Source: an uncultured virus (IMG/VR IMGVR_UViG_3300037089_000135) (lineage: Duplodnaviria; Heunggongvirae; Uroviricota; Caudoviricetes). Taken from it: DNA of 64,000 nucleotides. The stretch is from the IMG/VR virus record IMGVR_UViG_3300037089_000135, one strand, 5' to 3'. Shown here in pieces: positions 40,435 to 52,999 of the stretch (positions within the stretch are counted from its first letter, which is position 1; every line of letters starts with the position of its first letter). The translations under genes and the position numbers were made by a program. Below the pieces are notes generated by a model. The model was not told where the DNA came from and did not search any database. It saw only the letters and a program-made list of their open reading frames with translations.

Positions 40435-41019
40435 TTACACCTCATATTGTGACCATTTATTTAATATTTTTATACTATTAGTTATACTAAGCGTACTACG
40501 ATTATTAATCAATTCACTTGGTATCATCCATGATTTAACAACTGTAATATCTTGTATATTATTTACTACAATGCATAAAAAGTAATCTGGAATATTATTT
40601 TTATCGATCCCAAATACCCATAATGGATGAGTATGATTATATTTATGTAGGCATGAACTTTTAACATCTATTTTGATGTCATCACATAAATAATCAAATC
40701 CCGCCGATCGCGAAGATTCATTATGAGAAACATTACTAAATATCTTATGTAATATATCATTAGCGATGGTATTTTCAACTATATATACTCCTAAATGCAT
40801 AGTGCAATCAATATTATTTTGCATTGATTTATGTCTACCTGTTTCATGATCCATATACGATTGATAACCAGGATGAATAACACTCCATCTTTGATGATAT
40901 AATCGCAAGCATAATTTACATAACCCGTTAAGTTGGGTCGATCTGGCACCAGATCTATATCCAAAATCGATAGCTTCTTTAGTTTCGCCGCATTTCGGAC
41001 ACCTTTTAAGTTCTGTCAT
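40435..41019 (-). mobile_element. Zn-finger + PD-(D/E)XK-like endonuclease (family B), between nrdG and nrdD
   Basis: CPKC...CKLC finger; GFDYLC...IDVKSS...W.F...DYFLC...WMIP. Confidence 0.7.
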
Positions 41020-41058
41020 TTAATCACCATAATAAACATACTTCAATTTTAATATCTC

Positions 41059-41784
41059 CTAATACGATATTTCATCCATCTCTAATATATATCTCAACCT
41101 ATATGCAGCATCAGTAATAAATTCTGCCTCTATAGGATACTTAAATGTCACTCCCTCCGGAGGAAGGCCACGTTGGAGAGTCCACATTTTAAATTGATTG
41201 TTTTCAAATATATTTCTAAACATTTTAATAAGATTTCCCATGCTCTCCATATCGCTAAACGTCGGGAAATCTGGAAAGATCGTAGTTCTCAAATCAAAAG
41301 GTACATCACCCGTGAATAAGATCGACAAACTACGCATTACCTGCGTCAGAGCCGGTACACCACAAGCTTCTAAGTAGGCCTCATCTGATGATCTTCCTTT
41401 TAGATCCATGAACACATGATCAATACATCCAGACTCAATAAGAGCCTGAAGTGCTTCAGGATAGTATCCACAGGTCTCTACAGCTACTTTAAGGCCCATA
41501 TTCCTAATACCATTCATTAACTCAATTAACGTGCTTGTAGGACTCATAAGAGGCTCACCGCCCGTTAGAACAACCCCATCTAGTATTGGAGCCATATATG
41601 CGATCTGATTTAAAATTTGATCTACTGACATTTCATGTCCATCATGAGGCACAAGCATATCAGGATTAAAACAGAACGGGCACCTCATCGGGCATCCTTC
41701 CAATGCAACTACTGCTACCGTTTTTCCCGGCCAATCTGACATACTCGTATCTACAATACTAGCGACATTTAACATATTACGCAT
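41059..41784 (-). CDS. nrdG: Anaerobic RNR activating radical-SAM protein
   Basis: GCPMRCPFCFN, TGGEP, DLK, RTT. Confidence 0.92.
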   Translation of the reverse strand: MRNMLNVASIVDTSMSDWPGKTVAVVALEGCPMRCPFCFNPDMLVPHDGHEMSVDQILNQIAYMAPILDGVVLTGGEPLMSPTSTLIELMNGIRNMGLKVAVETCGYYPEALQALIESGCIDHVFMDLKGRSSDEAYLEACGVPALTQVMRSLSILFTGDVPFDLRTTIFPDFPTFSDMESMGNLIKMFRNIFENNQFKMWTLQRGLPPEGVTFKYPIEAEFITDAAYRLRYILEMDEISY

Positions 41785-42547
41785 TTAATTCACCATCCAC
41801 TTAAAGAATCCACAATTTTAGAATAAATATATATAAAAAATATTCCGCTAAATAATACAAATGCTACAAAACATACACCGATAAATTCAATTGACATACA
41901 AACCTCTCTCCAATAACTAATTACTTTCAAAGAATAAAAATGTTCCGGTCAAAAATCATAGATATCAACAGTTTTAACAGATTTATCACCACATTGACCT
42001 TTCTCCGGAATCGGAAATTCTCCCATAACCGTATTTCTATAAGTTCTTCCCGCATAATATTTATGATTTGAAAGCTCTGATTGCACATCTACTAAATGAT
42101 CAGCATTCATATCCACAAAATCCGGGTCCTGCATTTCCGGGTCTATTCCTTCGGCAACGCATAAATCTCTTGATACTTGTCTTTGGGTTTGTTTCAATAG
42201 TTCTAGCCTATCTAGTTCATCGGCTTCAGCCGGTATCATCTTACAACATTTTCGGATAGTAGACCATGCCCGGCACTCCATTTGACAGCAATGAACCTCA
42301 CCAAAACCATCTACATACTTAAACATACATTTCATCATATTAATCTATCCATACGCATACATATCCAGGTTTCAATGTACCATATTCATCTAGTTCCAAA
42401 GATACTCTTGTAATCCGGCCAACTGTAAAATAAAAAGGTGCTATATCCGGATAGCGTCGATTCAAGAGAGAATTAACTCTCTCGACCAACACCTCATCGG
42501 TATCTTCTAAGAATCCAGGTACCTGAATTGGTATTTCTCCCATTCAT

Positions 42548-43570
42548 TTATTCCCCATACTTAGCATTAAATTCCGGATTTATTGCCTTAAAGCTGAGCC
42601 TTCCGATCTTATAATCGGATTCTTGCTCTGTTTTGGTCCGGAATACTATACCTTCGCGAAGGCATGGCCCTACTCTCGATTTATCGTTGCTGAGCTTTAC
42701 AAGAGCATCCACATCATGATTCAGAACAAAATCGCGATCGATCAACGGCACCATACGATCTTTTAATCCAATGCTTTCAAGAGCATCCCACCATACCTCA
42801 AAAGGCATGTATTTCTGTGCGCGAATATCGTATATGCTGTAAATTGCGATGTTATTCTTCTTCATTTTGTATTTATTTCCCTGAACTCCAGGGCCATAAA
42901 GTTCTCCCTGGATAGCTACTTCTCCGAGAGACTTAGCCACTTCATCCATACCAATATCTCGCACTGTTCGCCACCATAGATTCGTAGACAATTCTTTCAT
43001 ATCTAGTTTTCGCGAGCATACGTGTAAACCATCAATAGGGCTCCAGAATATCGTTATCGAACTACCATCTATTTTTTCCGTAATATACAAATTAGCTCCG
43101 ATCCATCGTTGTAGAATTCCGATGTTAGATTGAATCCGGGCCTCATCTGTTTGCGGAATGAAATATGGGAAATTCCCTCGCGGAGTACATTTTCCGAGTT
43201 TGCATCCTTCCATTTGTTCTGGCACATCGTACTTAGTCACTCCTAAGAACCCGGTGACATCGGCACCGATAGCGTATTCAGCCGGAGGCAATAACGATAT
43301 TGGAAGAATCAATCCCTGCGATATGTTTCCCCGGAGTTTTATAGTTTTCACCCGATAATGCCGTTGTTCCATAAAGAGGAACTCCGGCTTTGGCGGAAGG
43401 ATACTATCAATCTCCAGGTAGACAATTTTATCTCCAGGTTTAAATTCTCCTTTACGAACTACTACGTCCCATCCTTCTATCCTGGCTATGTCCAGGGCAT
43501 CGGCATTTTCAGCCGGTCTAATCGTACTTATTTCTTGTATTGATGCAAGTGTCCTCATTTCTATCACCAT
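42548..43570 (-). CDS. RNA ligase, DRB0094/Rnl5 family
   Basis: N-terminal OB module (LASI..I..I...ENAD.L...GWDVVV.KG), TEKIDGSS, QGELYG, EGIVF, FKAIN. Confidence 0.92.
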   Translation of the reverse strand: MVIEMRTLASIQEISTIRPAENADALDIARIEGWDVVVRKGEFKPGDKIVYLEIDSILPPKPEFLFMEQRHYRVKTIKLRGNISQGLILPISLLPPAEYAIGADVTGFLGVTKYDVPEQMEGCKLGKCTPRGNFPYFIPQTDEARIQSNIGILQRWIGANLYITEKIDGSSITIFWSPIDGLHVCSRKLDMKELSTNLWWRTVRDIGMDEVAKSLGEVAIQGELYGPGVQGNKYKMKKNNIAIYSIYDIRAQKYMPFEVWWDALESIGLKDRMVPLIDRDFVLNHDVDALVKLSNDKSRVGPCLREGIVFRTKTEQESDYKIGRLSFKAINPEFNAKYGE

Positions 43571-43943
43571 TTATGGACATTCAACAGCCCTTATTAACAC
43601 ATTTGCAGGGGTATCAGCATCCACCTCTCTAACATATCTATTACCATTTTGTGTAAATCCTTGATATGTAATAAATTCCCCATCTTTAAAATGGAACTTA
43701 TTATGTTCACATTCAACAGATGATACTATCCATTCACCTTCTCCCCGGTTAACAGTATACCTCATTTATTCAATCTCCAATATTTTTTTCATTTCTAATG
43801 TTCTTTTTTCTTCTATATTGCACATTATGCCCATTGCATTCCCGCCAATATCACATGTATGTCTAAATTCATATGATTTTGTATCATAAGCATATTTACT
43901 ACATGCCGGGCCATTATCCTTTCTAAAAAATGGACATCTGAAA

Positions 43944-44564
43944 TCACATTCGATATTCATTGATTTGCCTCAATTTACTACAACAAGTTAATACATTATC
44001 GATAGGCTTTTCATATTGTTTCCATTTTACGAGAGACATGTCGGTATTTGTAATAGATATACTTTTTTTATCATTTATTAATTCTCCAGGGATCAACCAA
44101 ACATGCAACGGATTCAAGCTATCCCTATCGTCGAAGGCCAAGCATAGGAAGTAATCGCATATTATATTTTTACATATATGAAAACTCCAATATGAATTGC
44201 TATACGTTCCGTGTCTTAAACAACTACTCTTGCAATCAATCCGCTTCTTCTTACCGCAAATGAAGTCCCATCCAGGGTTATTCATAGGGGCTTTTTCGAC
44301 ATGCTCAAATAGACCTGCAAGAACACGTTCTGCGATCACCTCTCCCAAATACTTAGGACAAGATTTATTCTCATTCATTGGTATAGATTCTCCGCGTTTA
44401 TGTCTATATTTTGTAGTAGCTCCACGATTCGTAATAGAACTACAAAATTTACAATATGATGTAGGTTGCCCCTTTTGACGACCCGTTTTCACAATGTAAT
44501 ACTCAGATAAATCTTTATCCTCACCACACTTAGGACATATTTTTGAGTCCATATTTATCATCAA
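43944..44564 (-). mobile_element. Zn-finger + PD-(D/E)XK-like endonuclease (family B)
   Basis: CPKC...YCK.C; AERVL...NNPGWDFICGKKKRIDCKS...WLIP. Confidence 0.7.
44226..44374. repeat. 149-bp exact direct repeat, copy 1
   Basis: Identical to 46808..46956. Confidence 0.9.
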
Positions 44565-44743
44565 TATTTAATTATCAAAGTCGGATTCTTCTTCACAGTC
44601 GGGACAATCTGCATCATCATCAGTATAAGGGCACTCATCGCCCCAAAGAAGGCATTCATCCCAATCATCATATTCATCCCAATCATCATGCTCGTCCTTA
44701 TGTACGCAATAGCACATTTAAATCACCAAATAAAAAAAAAGGT

Positions 44744-45316
44744 TTAAGCTGGAACGCTCGCACCGGAGAACGTCAGCTCAGTAGATGTTAATGGCTTGTC
44801 AGCGACATACATCAAGAACGTCCCAAGAGGGATTACTTGAACGTAATTTCCCGCCGTGGTGAACATGTAGATATACGGCGTGCTTGTACCATATGATCCT
44901 TCAGCATCTAGCACCTCATTTGTACGATAGTCATGTCCATCAATAGTGATAGGCATACCTTTCGTATCGGTCCAGCTATCCCCACCGAAAGCTGCAACGC
45001 TTGTGGGGGTCAATCGCTTTCCGGAGGATGTGACCTTACCATTGATAACGAATTTGTTTACAACTTGACCATTTAGACCGATCACGTAAACATATCGCAC
45101 GGCATCGAGCTTGTTATCATTCACCAGTCTCCTGGCAATGTTATACTGCTCCATAGACTTACCATCAATGACAGGCTGCAAGTTAACGTTCTGCATAATC
45201 AACCCGGAGGGTGATACGGGAATTGAAGGTGTCGAATCCCACCATCCAGCGGAAACAGGCGCGGCAATCGAAATCAGTACAAACATTGTAATTAGGGCCA
45301 TCAAATATTTCATCAT
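44744..45316 (-). CDS. Secreted phage protein of unknown function
   Basis: Signal peptide; YVYVI...GKVTSSGKRLT...GSYG...YIY.FT. Confidence 0.6.
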   Translation of the reverse strand: MMKYLMALITMFVLISIAAPVSAGWWDSTPSIPVSPSGLIMQNVNLQPVIDGKSMEQYNIARRLVNDNKLDAVRYVYVIGLNGQVVNKFVINGKVTSSGKRLTPTSVAAFGGDSWTDTKGMPITIDGHDYRTNEVLDAEGSYGTSTPYIYMFTTAGNYVQVIPLGTFLMYVADKPLTSTELTFSGASVPA

Positions 45317-45351
45317 GTATATTTCTCCATTTATTCTTTGTAGTCAAAAAT

Positions 45352-45846
45352 TTATTGGTAGAGAGGCTTCATTTCCTCTCCATATGAGTATTCAGGGTAG
45401 CTTCCGGGGAAATCATTTTGGAAGTCTTCTCGCGTCTTTGCGCCCTTCGGCCATGATCCAAAGTTAGCTATCTTTGTGTTCCACTGACTCATATCCGCAT
45501 TATACTCTTTGATCAGAGTATTCCGGAGTGCGATATTACCAACTATATCTCCTATCGAGCTTTCAAATTGCTGCTTATCGGTTCGGTCCCATACTGATCT
45601 ATTACCGTATGGCCTCTTCAGCTTTGCCGCTTCAATCAAAGTGCCAATATTTGCACCGCTATTATCGATTGATGCTTTCAATTGCTGAAAATGCACGTAC
45701 TCATTCTGGACTGTTTGAGGGTCTAGTGCATTTGCTACTACAACGGCGGTTCCGGCGATCTCATGTCCTAAAAATCCAAGTACATTAAGTAGACCTATGA
45801 TAATTATAACGCCAGCAAATGCTCCAACTATTTTCATGTATCCCAT
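45352..45846 (-). CDS. Membrane-anchored coiled-coil protein
   Basis: Start reassigned to MGYMKIVG; N-terminal TM helix followed by a helical region ending IKEYNAD. Confidence 0.55.
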   Translation of the reverse strand: MGYMKIVGAFAGVIIIIGLLNVLGFLGHEIAGTAVVVANALDPQTVQNEYVHFQQLKASIDNSGANIGTLIEAAKLKRPYGNRSVWDRTDKQQFESSIGDIVGNIALRNTLIKEYNADMSQWNTKIANFGSWPKGAKTREDFQNDFPGSYPEYSYGEEMKPLYQ

Positions 45847-46537
45847 TTTATTCATCTCCCTCATTAATAACCTTAGACATCCATTGTGCAAACTCTGCAT
45901 ATGAATCAAACGTGAATACTTCATTATGCGCGTCAAGTCTGGTTACAATTGCTAAACTTTTTGTATTGAATGTTTGCTCATATTCGTTAAAGCACCTTAC
46001 ATCCGGCCAGAACCAAACGTTATCTCCAGGACTTTTAGAGAGAACGTAAAATCTACGTGGGCATTCAGTTGTAAATGCGACTATTTGCTCATCTTTAACA
46101 TCAGATACACTTATTTCTGTTGGATTTGTCTTATTAACTACGTGTTTCATCATTTCTTCTGTCTCCTTTTCACATTGTCCTTTATAAATTAAATATAACG
46201 GTTTAAATATCGGCAATACTTCTAGCACTTTAGGTACATATATCATTTAGTTAACTTCCGCATCAAATTCTTTTTCGGGCACTTTTATGCTCTCATCAAA
46301 CGGAATATCTAAACCCACGACTGCAACCACATCGAAGAATGTGATGCCTGCGTGCTTAATTTCTCCTTTAACATTTTTATATTTGATGATTCCTTTCCAT
46401 ACCCCATCTTTTTGATCAAACCATGCTACATGACAGGTTATTTCGCCTGCGCTCGTCACTACTACGATAGGGCCGGTTTCACGGAATCCTTCCACAGATC
46501 CATGACTCTGCATGAGTGCATCGAATATTGAAACCAT

Positions 46538-47164
46538 TTATATATCTCCTTTTAATCTATTACAACATATCAAAATCTTATCCAACGATTTCTCATATTG
46601 CGTCCATTTTTCAAGCGACTTTACATTATTTGTAATTGATAGTTGCATTTTATTACATAATATACGATTTGGAATCAGCCATACCTTTATCGGGTTTAAA
46701 TCCTCCCTATTATCGAATCCAAGTAGTAAGAAGTGATCACATTTAATATTCTTATTGATATTAAACGGCCATGATGGAATACAATTTTCTCTATATCTTA
46801 GACATGCACTCTTGCAATCAATCCGCTTCTTCTTACCGCAAATGAAGTCCCATCCAGGGTTATTCATAGGGGCTTTTTCGACATGCTCAAATAGACCTGC
46901 AAGAACACGTTCTGCGATCACCTCTCCCAAATACTTAGGACAAGATTTATTCTCATCTTTCGATATACACCGTCCTGCGATATGTTCAAGCTCCAGATGA
47001 TATCCTGGATGAGTAACATACCATTCATGCTGATATATAATAGTACAATTTTTACAGTATGCCATAGGTTGTCCTGTAAGTTTTCCGGATTTATGAAGAA
47101 GATACTCCTCATAAGTTTTATCTTCATGACATTTAGGGCATAATTTAGTCTCCATATTTATCAT
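46538..47164 (-). mobile_element. Zn-finger + PD-(D/E)XK-like endonuclease (family B)
   Basis: Same motifs as 43944..44564; shares an exact 149-bp core with it. Confidence 0.7.
46808..46956. repeat. 149-bp exact direct repeat, copy 2
   Basis: Identical to 44226..44374. Confidence 0.9.
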
Positions 47165-47754
47165 CTATTTCCTTATTCCAGGTGCCATTGATGTATCCCT
47201 ATCGTCATCGCTATGCAGGGTTCTCCAGTTAGCAACCGGAGAGTTATTATAGCTCAGGAACTCGATTCTCATGTCGCCAAATGCATCATGCACCGGCAAT
47301 ACCTCGATTACTTTAGGTACGAATACGCCGCTTGTGAGCTGCCCAACTCTGCCGCCAACATGGAAAATACCGTCTCCAGGGTTCCGTATCTTGGTCAACT
47401 GATACATATCTCCCTCGGCACATCCTCCAGCTACAATTCCGCCGCATCGCGGGCACTTATGAGGAGCGGGAGCCATGAAAAATCTTCCACATCCTTGAGT
47501 ACCATTCATTCCCATGCAGTATCCCATCTTTAACACCTCATCTATCAAAGTCTATTTCTGGTTCCCAATCCGGCGCATAGACCTCGGCAATATCAACGTT
47601 CGCGATGTTTACCGTATGCTCTAATCCGGTTATGCTTACCTCATCAATCGATCCAATGATCAGGTTTCCGTATTGATCTATCATGGAAACCGGCTTTGAC
47701 CTCACGATTATTGCCATGTGGTAACGCTCCAATACCCTTAGACTACGTTTGAGG

Positions 47755-48063
47755 TTAAATAGTTTCCGGTCGTATCCTCATCATCTCGATCAAACTATCA
47801 ATATAGTCCGTGTCTTGTAAGAAGAATAATCTAACCCATTTATCGTATTTTTCACCTTTAATTTTCTCCCATCTCGCATTTATGGACCCTAGATCAATCA
47901 TATTGTCAATCGCAGTATGCAAAGGACCTGATTCCAGGCCGGTTGACTTTTTTAATCCCGAAAAGTACGCATCTCCTTCAAATAGCCGGATCGCTACCAA
48001 TAACTTTAGGTTATTTGGTAAATAATTCCATTTATGTTCATCAAAAATAGTAAAATCTATCAC
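47755..48063 (-). CDS. Winged-helix transcription regulator-like protein
   Basis: YFSGLKKSTGL.SGPLHTAIDNMIDLGSI helix-turn-helix followed by a wing. Confidence 0.6.
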   Translation of the reverse strand: MIDFTIFDEHKWNYLPNNLKLLVAIRLFEGDAYFSGLKKSTGLESGPLHTAIDNMIDLGSINARWEKIKGEKYDKWVRLFFLQDTDYIDSLIEMMRIRPETI

Positions 48064-49097
48064 TTTTTCACCTCACTCATTGCCTTAATCTTCCAATAAG
48101 TCATATGCGCGGATTCATGTAATTCTGCATTACGCCTCGATTCATGCATATCCTTCCGATATTGCTCACCTAATTTCCGACAGTCTCGGCAAATATGAAT
48201 ATGATCCCAATCGTTATCACAGTATGAAACTTCTGTAGCTTCGCGAGCTGTTAAATCGCAAAGTTTCATATTTACTTCGGTACAACAAGAACTGCAAACA
48301 TGTTCCACGCCGCAAGCATCGCAGGTATAGATGCTTTTTATTACAACTGTTGGTACTTGTCTTGTTACTACTGACATTTTTCATCTCCTAAACATCTCAT
48401 CCTCGAACATGCCTACAAATCGGTTCTTCCGTTCTAGCCATTCACTTTCACTATCTAAGTGGTTATAATATTTATATATTTGTGAGTCCACATATCCGGT
48501 ACACCAATCATCAATTCCTAATACGCAAAACTGACATTTTGCAGCATATAGAGCATCATATAGAGCATCTGCCTCACATTCATTGCATTCATCCTCACAT
48601 CCATCGCAATCTGGTATTACTTGATTTTCAAAAAATTGCTCCATAAATCGGCACATCGCGCAGCCTTTCCACAAGTCAGGATTCCATTTTTGAATCGGCT
48701 CCCATTTTCTCCATACGGCAATTAAAACCTCAGTGGGAATGTCCTCCAGGGCCAATCGGTCTTCAGGCCCCGGTACATAGTCCGAATCTGTTTCAACGCG
48801 ATTCAGCATATTCATAACTTTATCTGTATACATTTAAATTCCTCTAAACTTCATACCGTATTCAGTATGATAAGAATTCCCATTTTTAATAGCCTCTTCC
48901 AACGTCTTAGACATTCCTACAAGCGGCCATTCTTCATCTGGCACAACTCCCAAATTGTCAACGCAGCTTACCAATCTTACCTCAAATAGAGGAATTATGC
49001 CAGCATTCATAAATCTGCCTTTAATTTTAATGATTAAAATACAATCGTTAGAACTCATAAACTTCTTCTCCTATATCAGTAAATACCGACAGTTTAT

Positions 49098-49118
49098 ATA
49101 GTTATCAGTGATAACTAT
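49098..49118. promoter_or_regulatory. Perfect 21-bp palindrome ATAGTTATCA-G-TGATAACTAT next to a TATA-like sequence
   Basis: 10-bp arms with a 1-nt spacer, abutting TTTATATA at 49093-49100. Confidence 0.5.
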
Positions 49119-50004
49119 GACATTTTGGTGCCTTTAAGTATAGTATTCTTTTTAAGGTTCTCCTTAAGGTTCTCGGGGAGAAGCTCTGGATACTTAACTT
49201 CTATCGATTTATGAAGGTGAGCCGCTAGAAATAGACAATTAGGGCATAGCCCATTAGCCGAAAAACCTCCGGACATCCGATGTCCACAAGCCTGCATAAA
49301 CCATTCATTACCATCAGTACCCTTATAAGATACTGGTTTTCCATCATCATACAACTTTTCCGACATTTATACACCTTATTAATTCTTCTACGCATTCATC
49401 CATGAAAAGTGTTATATTCGCATCATCGGCTTCTGGTTTTGAAACGGCCATAGCAAGAGATATTCCAGTTTTCTTATCTATCCATTCATGAATTTCCCAC
49501 ATTAATATCAAAATCCTTATATAAAAAATTCTTGTAAAAACCCTAAAAATTAGAAGCTAAGGTGATTCTACCTTAGCCGGGACGTTCTTCTCGCCTTGGC
49601 CTGCATACCCTGTCTTAGTCCAGGTTACACCAGGTAGATTGTAAGAACCACTCCAGTTAATAATAGGTTCCTTTTTTCCGGTTTCCAGGTTATCTTTGAA
49701 TCCCTGGAGTTGTCCTATTCTCCGGCAACCCATGCACCAAAGCCAACCGAAGTGATCAACATCAAGCCATACCTGATTATGTGGACATGCTTCAGCAATC
49801 TTATCAAGATCCGCTTTAGTATACTTCTTTAATTCGCTCATTTAGATCCCTACTTCGGGTTTATCCATCCGTTATTAACGCTGTTATCATAAATTGGATC
49901 TAATTCAACTTTTGTTTCCATCATCGTAGCTTGTCCTAAATTTAATCCTATCGATATATTACAATTCGTAATATATACCTCAATCAATATATCTCCCATT
50001 TATC

Positions 50005-50340
50005 TTATCTCCTAACTTCAAATTTCATTTTTATGTAAGTAATCGCGCATACCGGGTATGCAAGAGCTGCAAACACGAACGGAAGATCAATATATATCCC
50101 AAACATTTGATCAAATCCGAGTGTAACAATGCTGCCTATATACGGAATTGCTGCAACTCCGGAGCCTACAGCAAATCCTACTATTCCAGGAAGTGATAGG
50201 ATCGCAATCAAGGCTGCAATAACTACTCCAGCTCCGATAGCAATGGACATAAGCACTACGAATATGAGCCGGGCATACACATAACCGGCTTCCTTCTTAC
50301 CGGCCTCAAACTTCTCTTCATACAGATTTCTCATCTTCAA
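50005..50340 (-). CDS. Integral membrane protein
   Basis: Three hydrophobic segments. Confidence 0.55.
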   Translation of the reverse strand: MKMRNLYEEKFEAGKKEAGYVYARLIFVVLMSIAIGAGVVIAALIAILSLPGIVGFAVGSGVAAIPYIGSIVTLGFDQMFGIYIDLPFVFAALAYPVCAITYIKMKFEVRR

Positions 50341-52345
50341 TCATCTTCCTATATTTCAATAGTTGTTTATTAAATTCGTCTCCGGATTCTTGAAGATCCT
50401 GGAGAAGCTTGATCTTTTTCCCACATCCTTCGACACAATTAGCCGGATGAGCACGGCACCACTCTTCCATCTCTTTTAATTGATCTTTAGTAGGTGGTGG
50501 TACTTCAGTCCATCCCTCTGGTATTGGGCCTTCATCGGCCCGCCACAACGTATACACTGTAAATTGTCCCATAATATCCTCACTCTGATATATTGCTGAA
50601 TTCCACCGTCAAATTTACATGTTCCGTATAAAGATTGTCTTCCAAAATCCTTATCCCATTTCGCGCAATGTCCGCAAATAGCTTCCATATGTTCTTGTTT
50701 TGGTATAAACACTAAGGCCATGTAAATACACCCCAATTTCCATCTACGATATTATCCATTTGATGTTTCATTCGGATTGCTGAAGGCCCGACTATAATGA
50801 TAGTTACTTTGTGAAATATCCGGGTACTCTTCACCATTCATGTTTCTATCACCAATTCAAGAAGACTCTGCATCAGCCGGTTCGCACAAGCTTTTACTTC
50901 TTTTTCAGCTTTTAACAATTCTGGATCATTACTATCGCGATGTGCCGCTAGGTTCCAAAATTCCCGGTTCATATATCTAAACTGTCCAGCTCGTAGCTCT
51001 ACATTATCTGTAGTTGTAGTATTTATTACCATTTATATCAATCCTCAAATATGAAGTACCCCGGATCTACTGTAATCTGGTAATATGCCCTCATCAACAG
51101 ATCAGCATCAGAGCCGAACGGAAGAGATTTTGGATACACCAAAGCTTTTTGGAATCCGATAACGAACATTTCCCTAATCAAATCGGATAAGCCAAGTCTA
51201 GCCTTATCCTTGTAGATATCAAAAGCCTCCGGGTCGATCCTCCTCAGTGCATATTCTACCATTCGTCTAGTATAGAATCCAGGCATTTGAATATCTCCTT
51301 AATCATTTTCCCTATCGAGAGACGGTACTTCAAAGAACTCTACGAACTCATTTGGGTGCAACTTTTTGAGGGACCTTTTACAATCATCTGCGATATCTGG
51401 ATACTTAGACACGCCAACGATATGCGAATACCCGGCTATATTTACATGAAGAACGACATACATATTTATAAGCCTCAAAAAATTTTATTTATTTAAATAG
51501 GAACTCATGAGCATCGCAGGTGTTCTTCTGGCTTTCTTCACTAAGTGATCTCCAGATTTTCAGAGCACTGTCATCAGTCTCTTCTATTCCAACGAGCTTC
51601 TGCAAATCCTTGATCATATTTACTGCATCTACTTCCGGAACAACTTGTACCATTTATATCATCTCCCAAATAATTCATCTGCGGCTTCGATCGGAAAGCT
51701 GGCACCAGTCATAGCGATATGTTTAGCATCCAATGCTTCATCTCGTCCGGATGCAGGCCCAATATAGCTTCTGATATCACCATGACCATTCTTTGAAACA
51801 ACTATTCCAATTATACCTTCAATGGCAGTAAACCATCGTGCGTCTAATATTTCCATACATACCCAATGACATTCATACTATTTAAGTACTTCGCTTAGAA
51901 CCTATACATCTTGAATGCTTTGTCGTCGCATGGTACTAACCTTCGGATTGTATTCTCATCGTGTACCTTATCGCCAAAGGCCCTTATTTGCTCATAACTG
52001 TCTTCTTTCTTTCCGGCATACATGGCCCAATCCCAAATACCGCCGCGAACTGCAACCCATCGCAGGCCAATTCCGGAATTCATGAAGTTTATCCCTTCCG
52101 GACTATCGACGGTTTCCCCTTGAGCGAACACGGTGTTTGGTGCCATACCCTTCAAGTCTTCCAATGTTAACATAACCTATATGTATCCTCGATCTTATTT
52201 AAACTTTTCGTCTCCAGGTTGGTGATCGCAGGTATACTCGATTTTTAAACATCGAAATCCTTCTTTCGTTATCACATAAATCGGTGCATTGCATATTCTG
52301 CAATATCCGGTTGTTTTTTAATTATGTCTCCTGTAACCATTTATA

Positions 52346-52999
52346 TCAGTCCTTTACTTTCGCACCAATTGGTGCTAATGTTCGTAAAATGTTACAGCAT
52401 CCAATTACCTTATCAATCGGCTTCTCATATTCATTCCATTTTGCGAGTGATTTACTACTATTAGTAATTTGTAATCCCATTTTATTATTTATAATATCTC
52501 CAGGGATTAACCAAACATGTAACGGATACAAATCATTTCTATTATCGAATACGAGTAGTAAGAAGTAATCACATATTTGATTCTTTCTAATATTAAAATA
52601 CCAAGATTGATTACTGTCATGCGAACCTTGATGCAAACACGCACTCTTACAATCTATCAGCTTTCTTTTGCCGCACCTGAAGTCCCATCCGGGATTATTC
52701 ATAGGGGCCTTTTCAACGTGTTCAAAGATAGCAGATAACAATCCTTCTGCCACTACCTCACCTAAATACTTTGGGCAGGTCCTATTTTTATTCATAGGTA
52801 ATGACATTCCAGATATATGTGAACGTTTTGCAGAATGTCCTGGATTTTTTAAAGTCCAATTTTTAGTTCGTAGCTTTCCACAATCTATACAATACGGAAA
52901 AGGCTTGCCCTTCCGTGTTAATGTTTTGTAAAAATAAAATTGAGATATATCTTTATTCTCGCCACATTTAGTACATATTTTTGTACTCATATATATCAT
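52346..52999 (-). mobile_element. Zn-finger + PD-(D/E)XK-like endonuclease (family B)
   Basis: CTKC...YCIDC; NNPGWDFRCGK..IDCKS...HVWLIPG. Confidence 0.7.
52355..52383. repeat. 29-bp element with 14-bp palindrome, copy 2 (inverted)
   Basis: Reverse complement of 20039..20067. Confidence 0.85.

Noticed and set aside
44226..46956. Diversity-generating retroelement TR/VR pair
   Set aside because: The copies are identical, with no adenine-specific mismatches, and there is no reverse transcriptase in the window.
49103..49113. tetO operator / vector contamination (TATCAGTGATA)
   Set aside because: Only the 11-nt core matches; the flanks form a different palindrome and no vector sequence is nearby.
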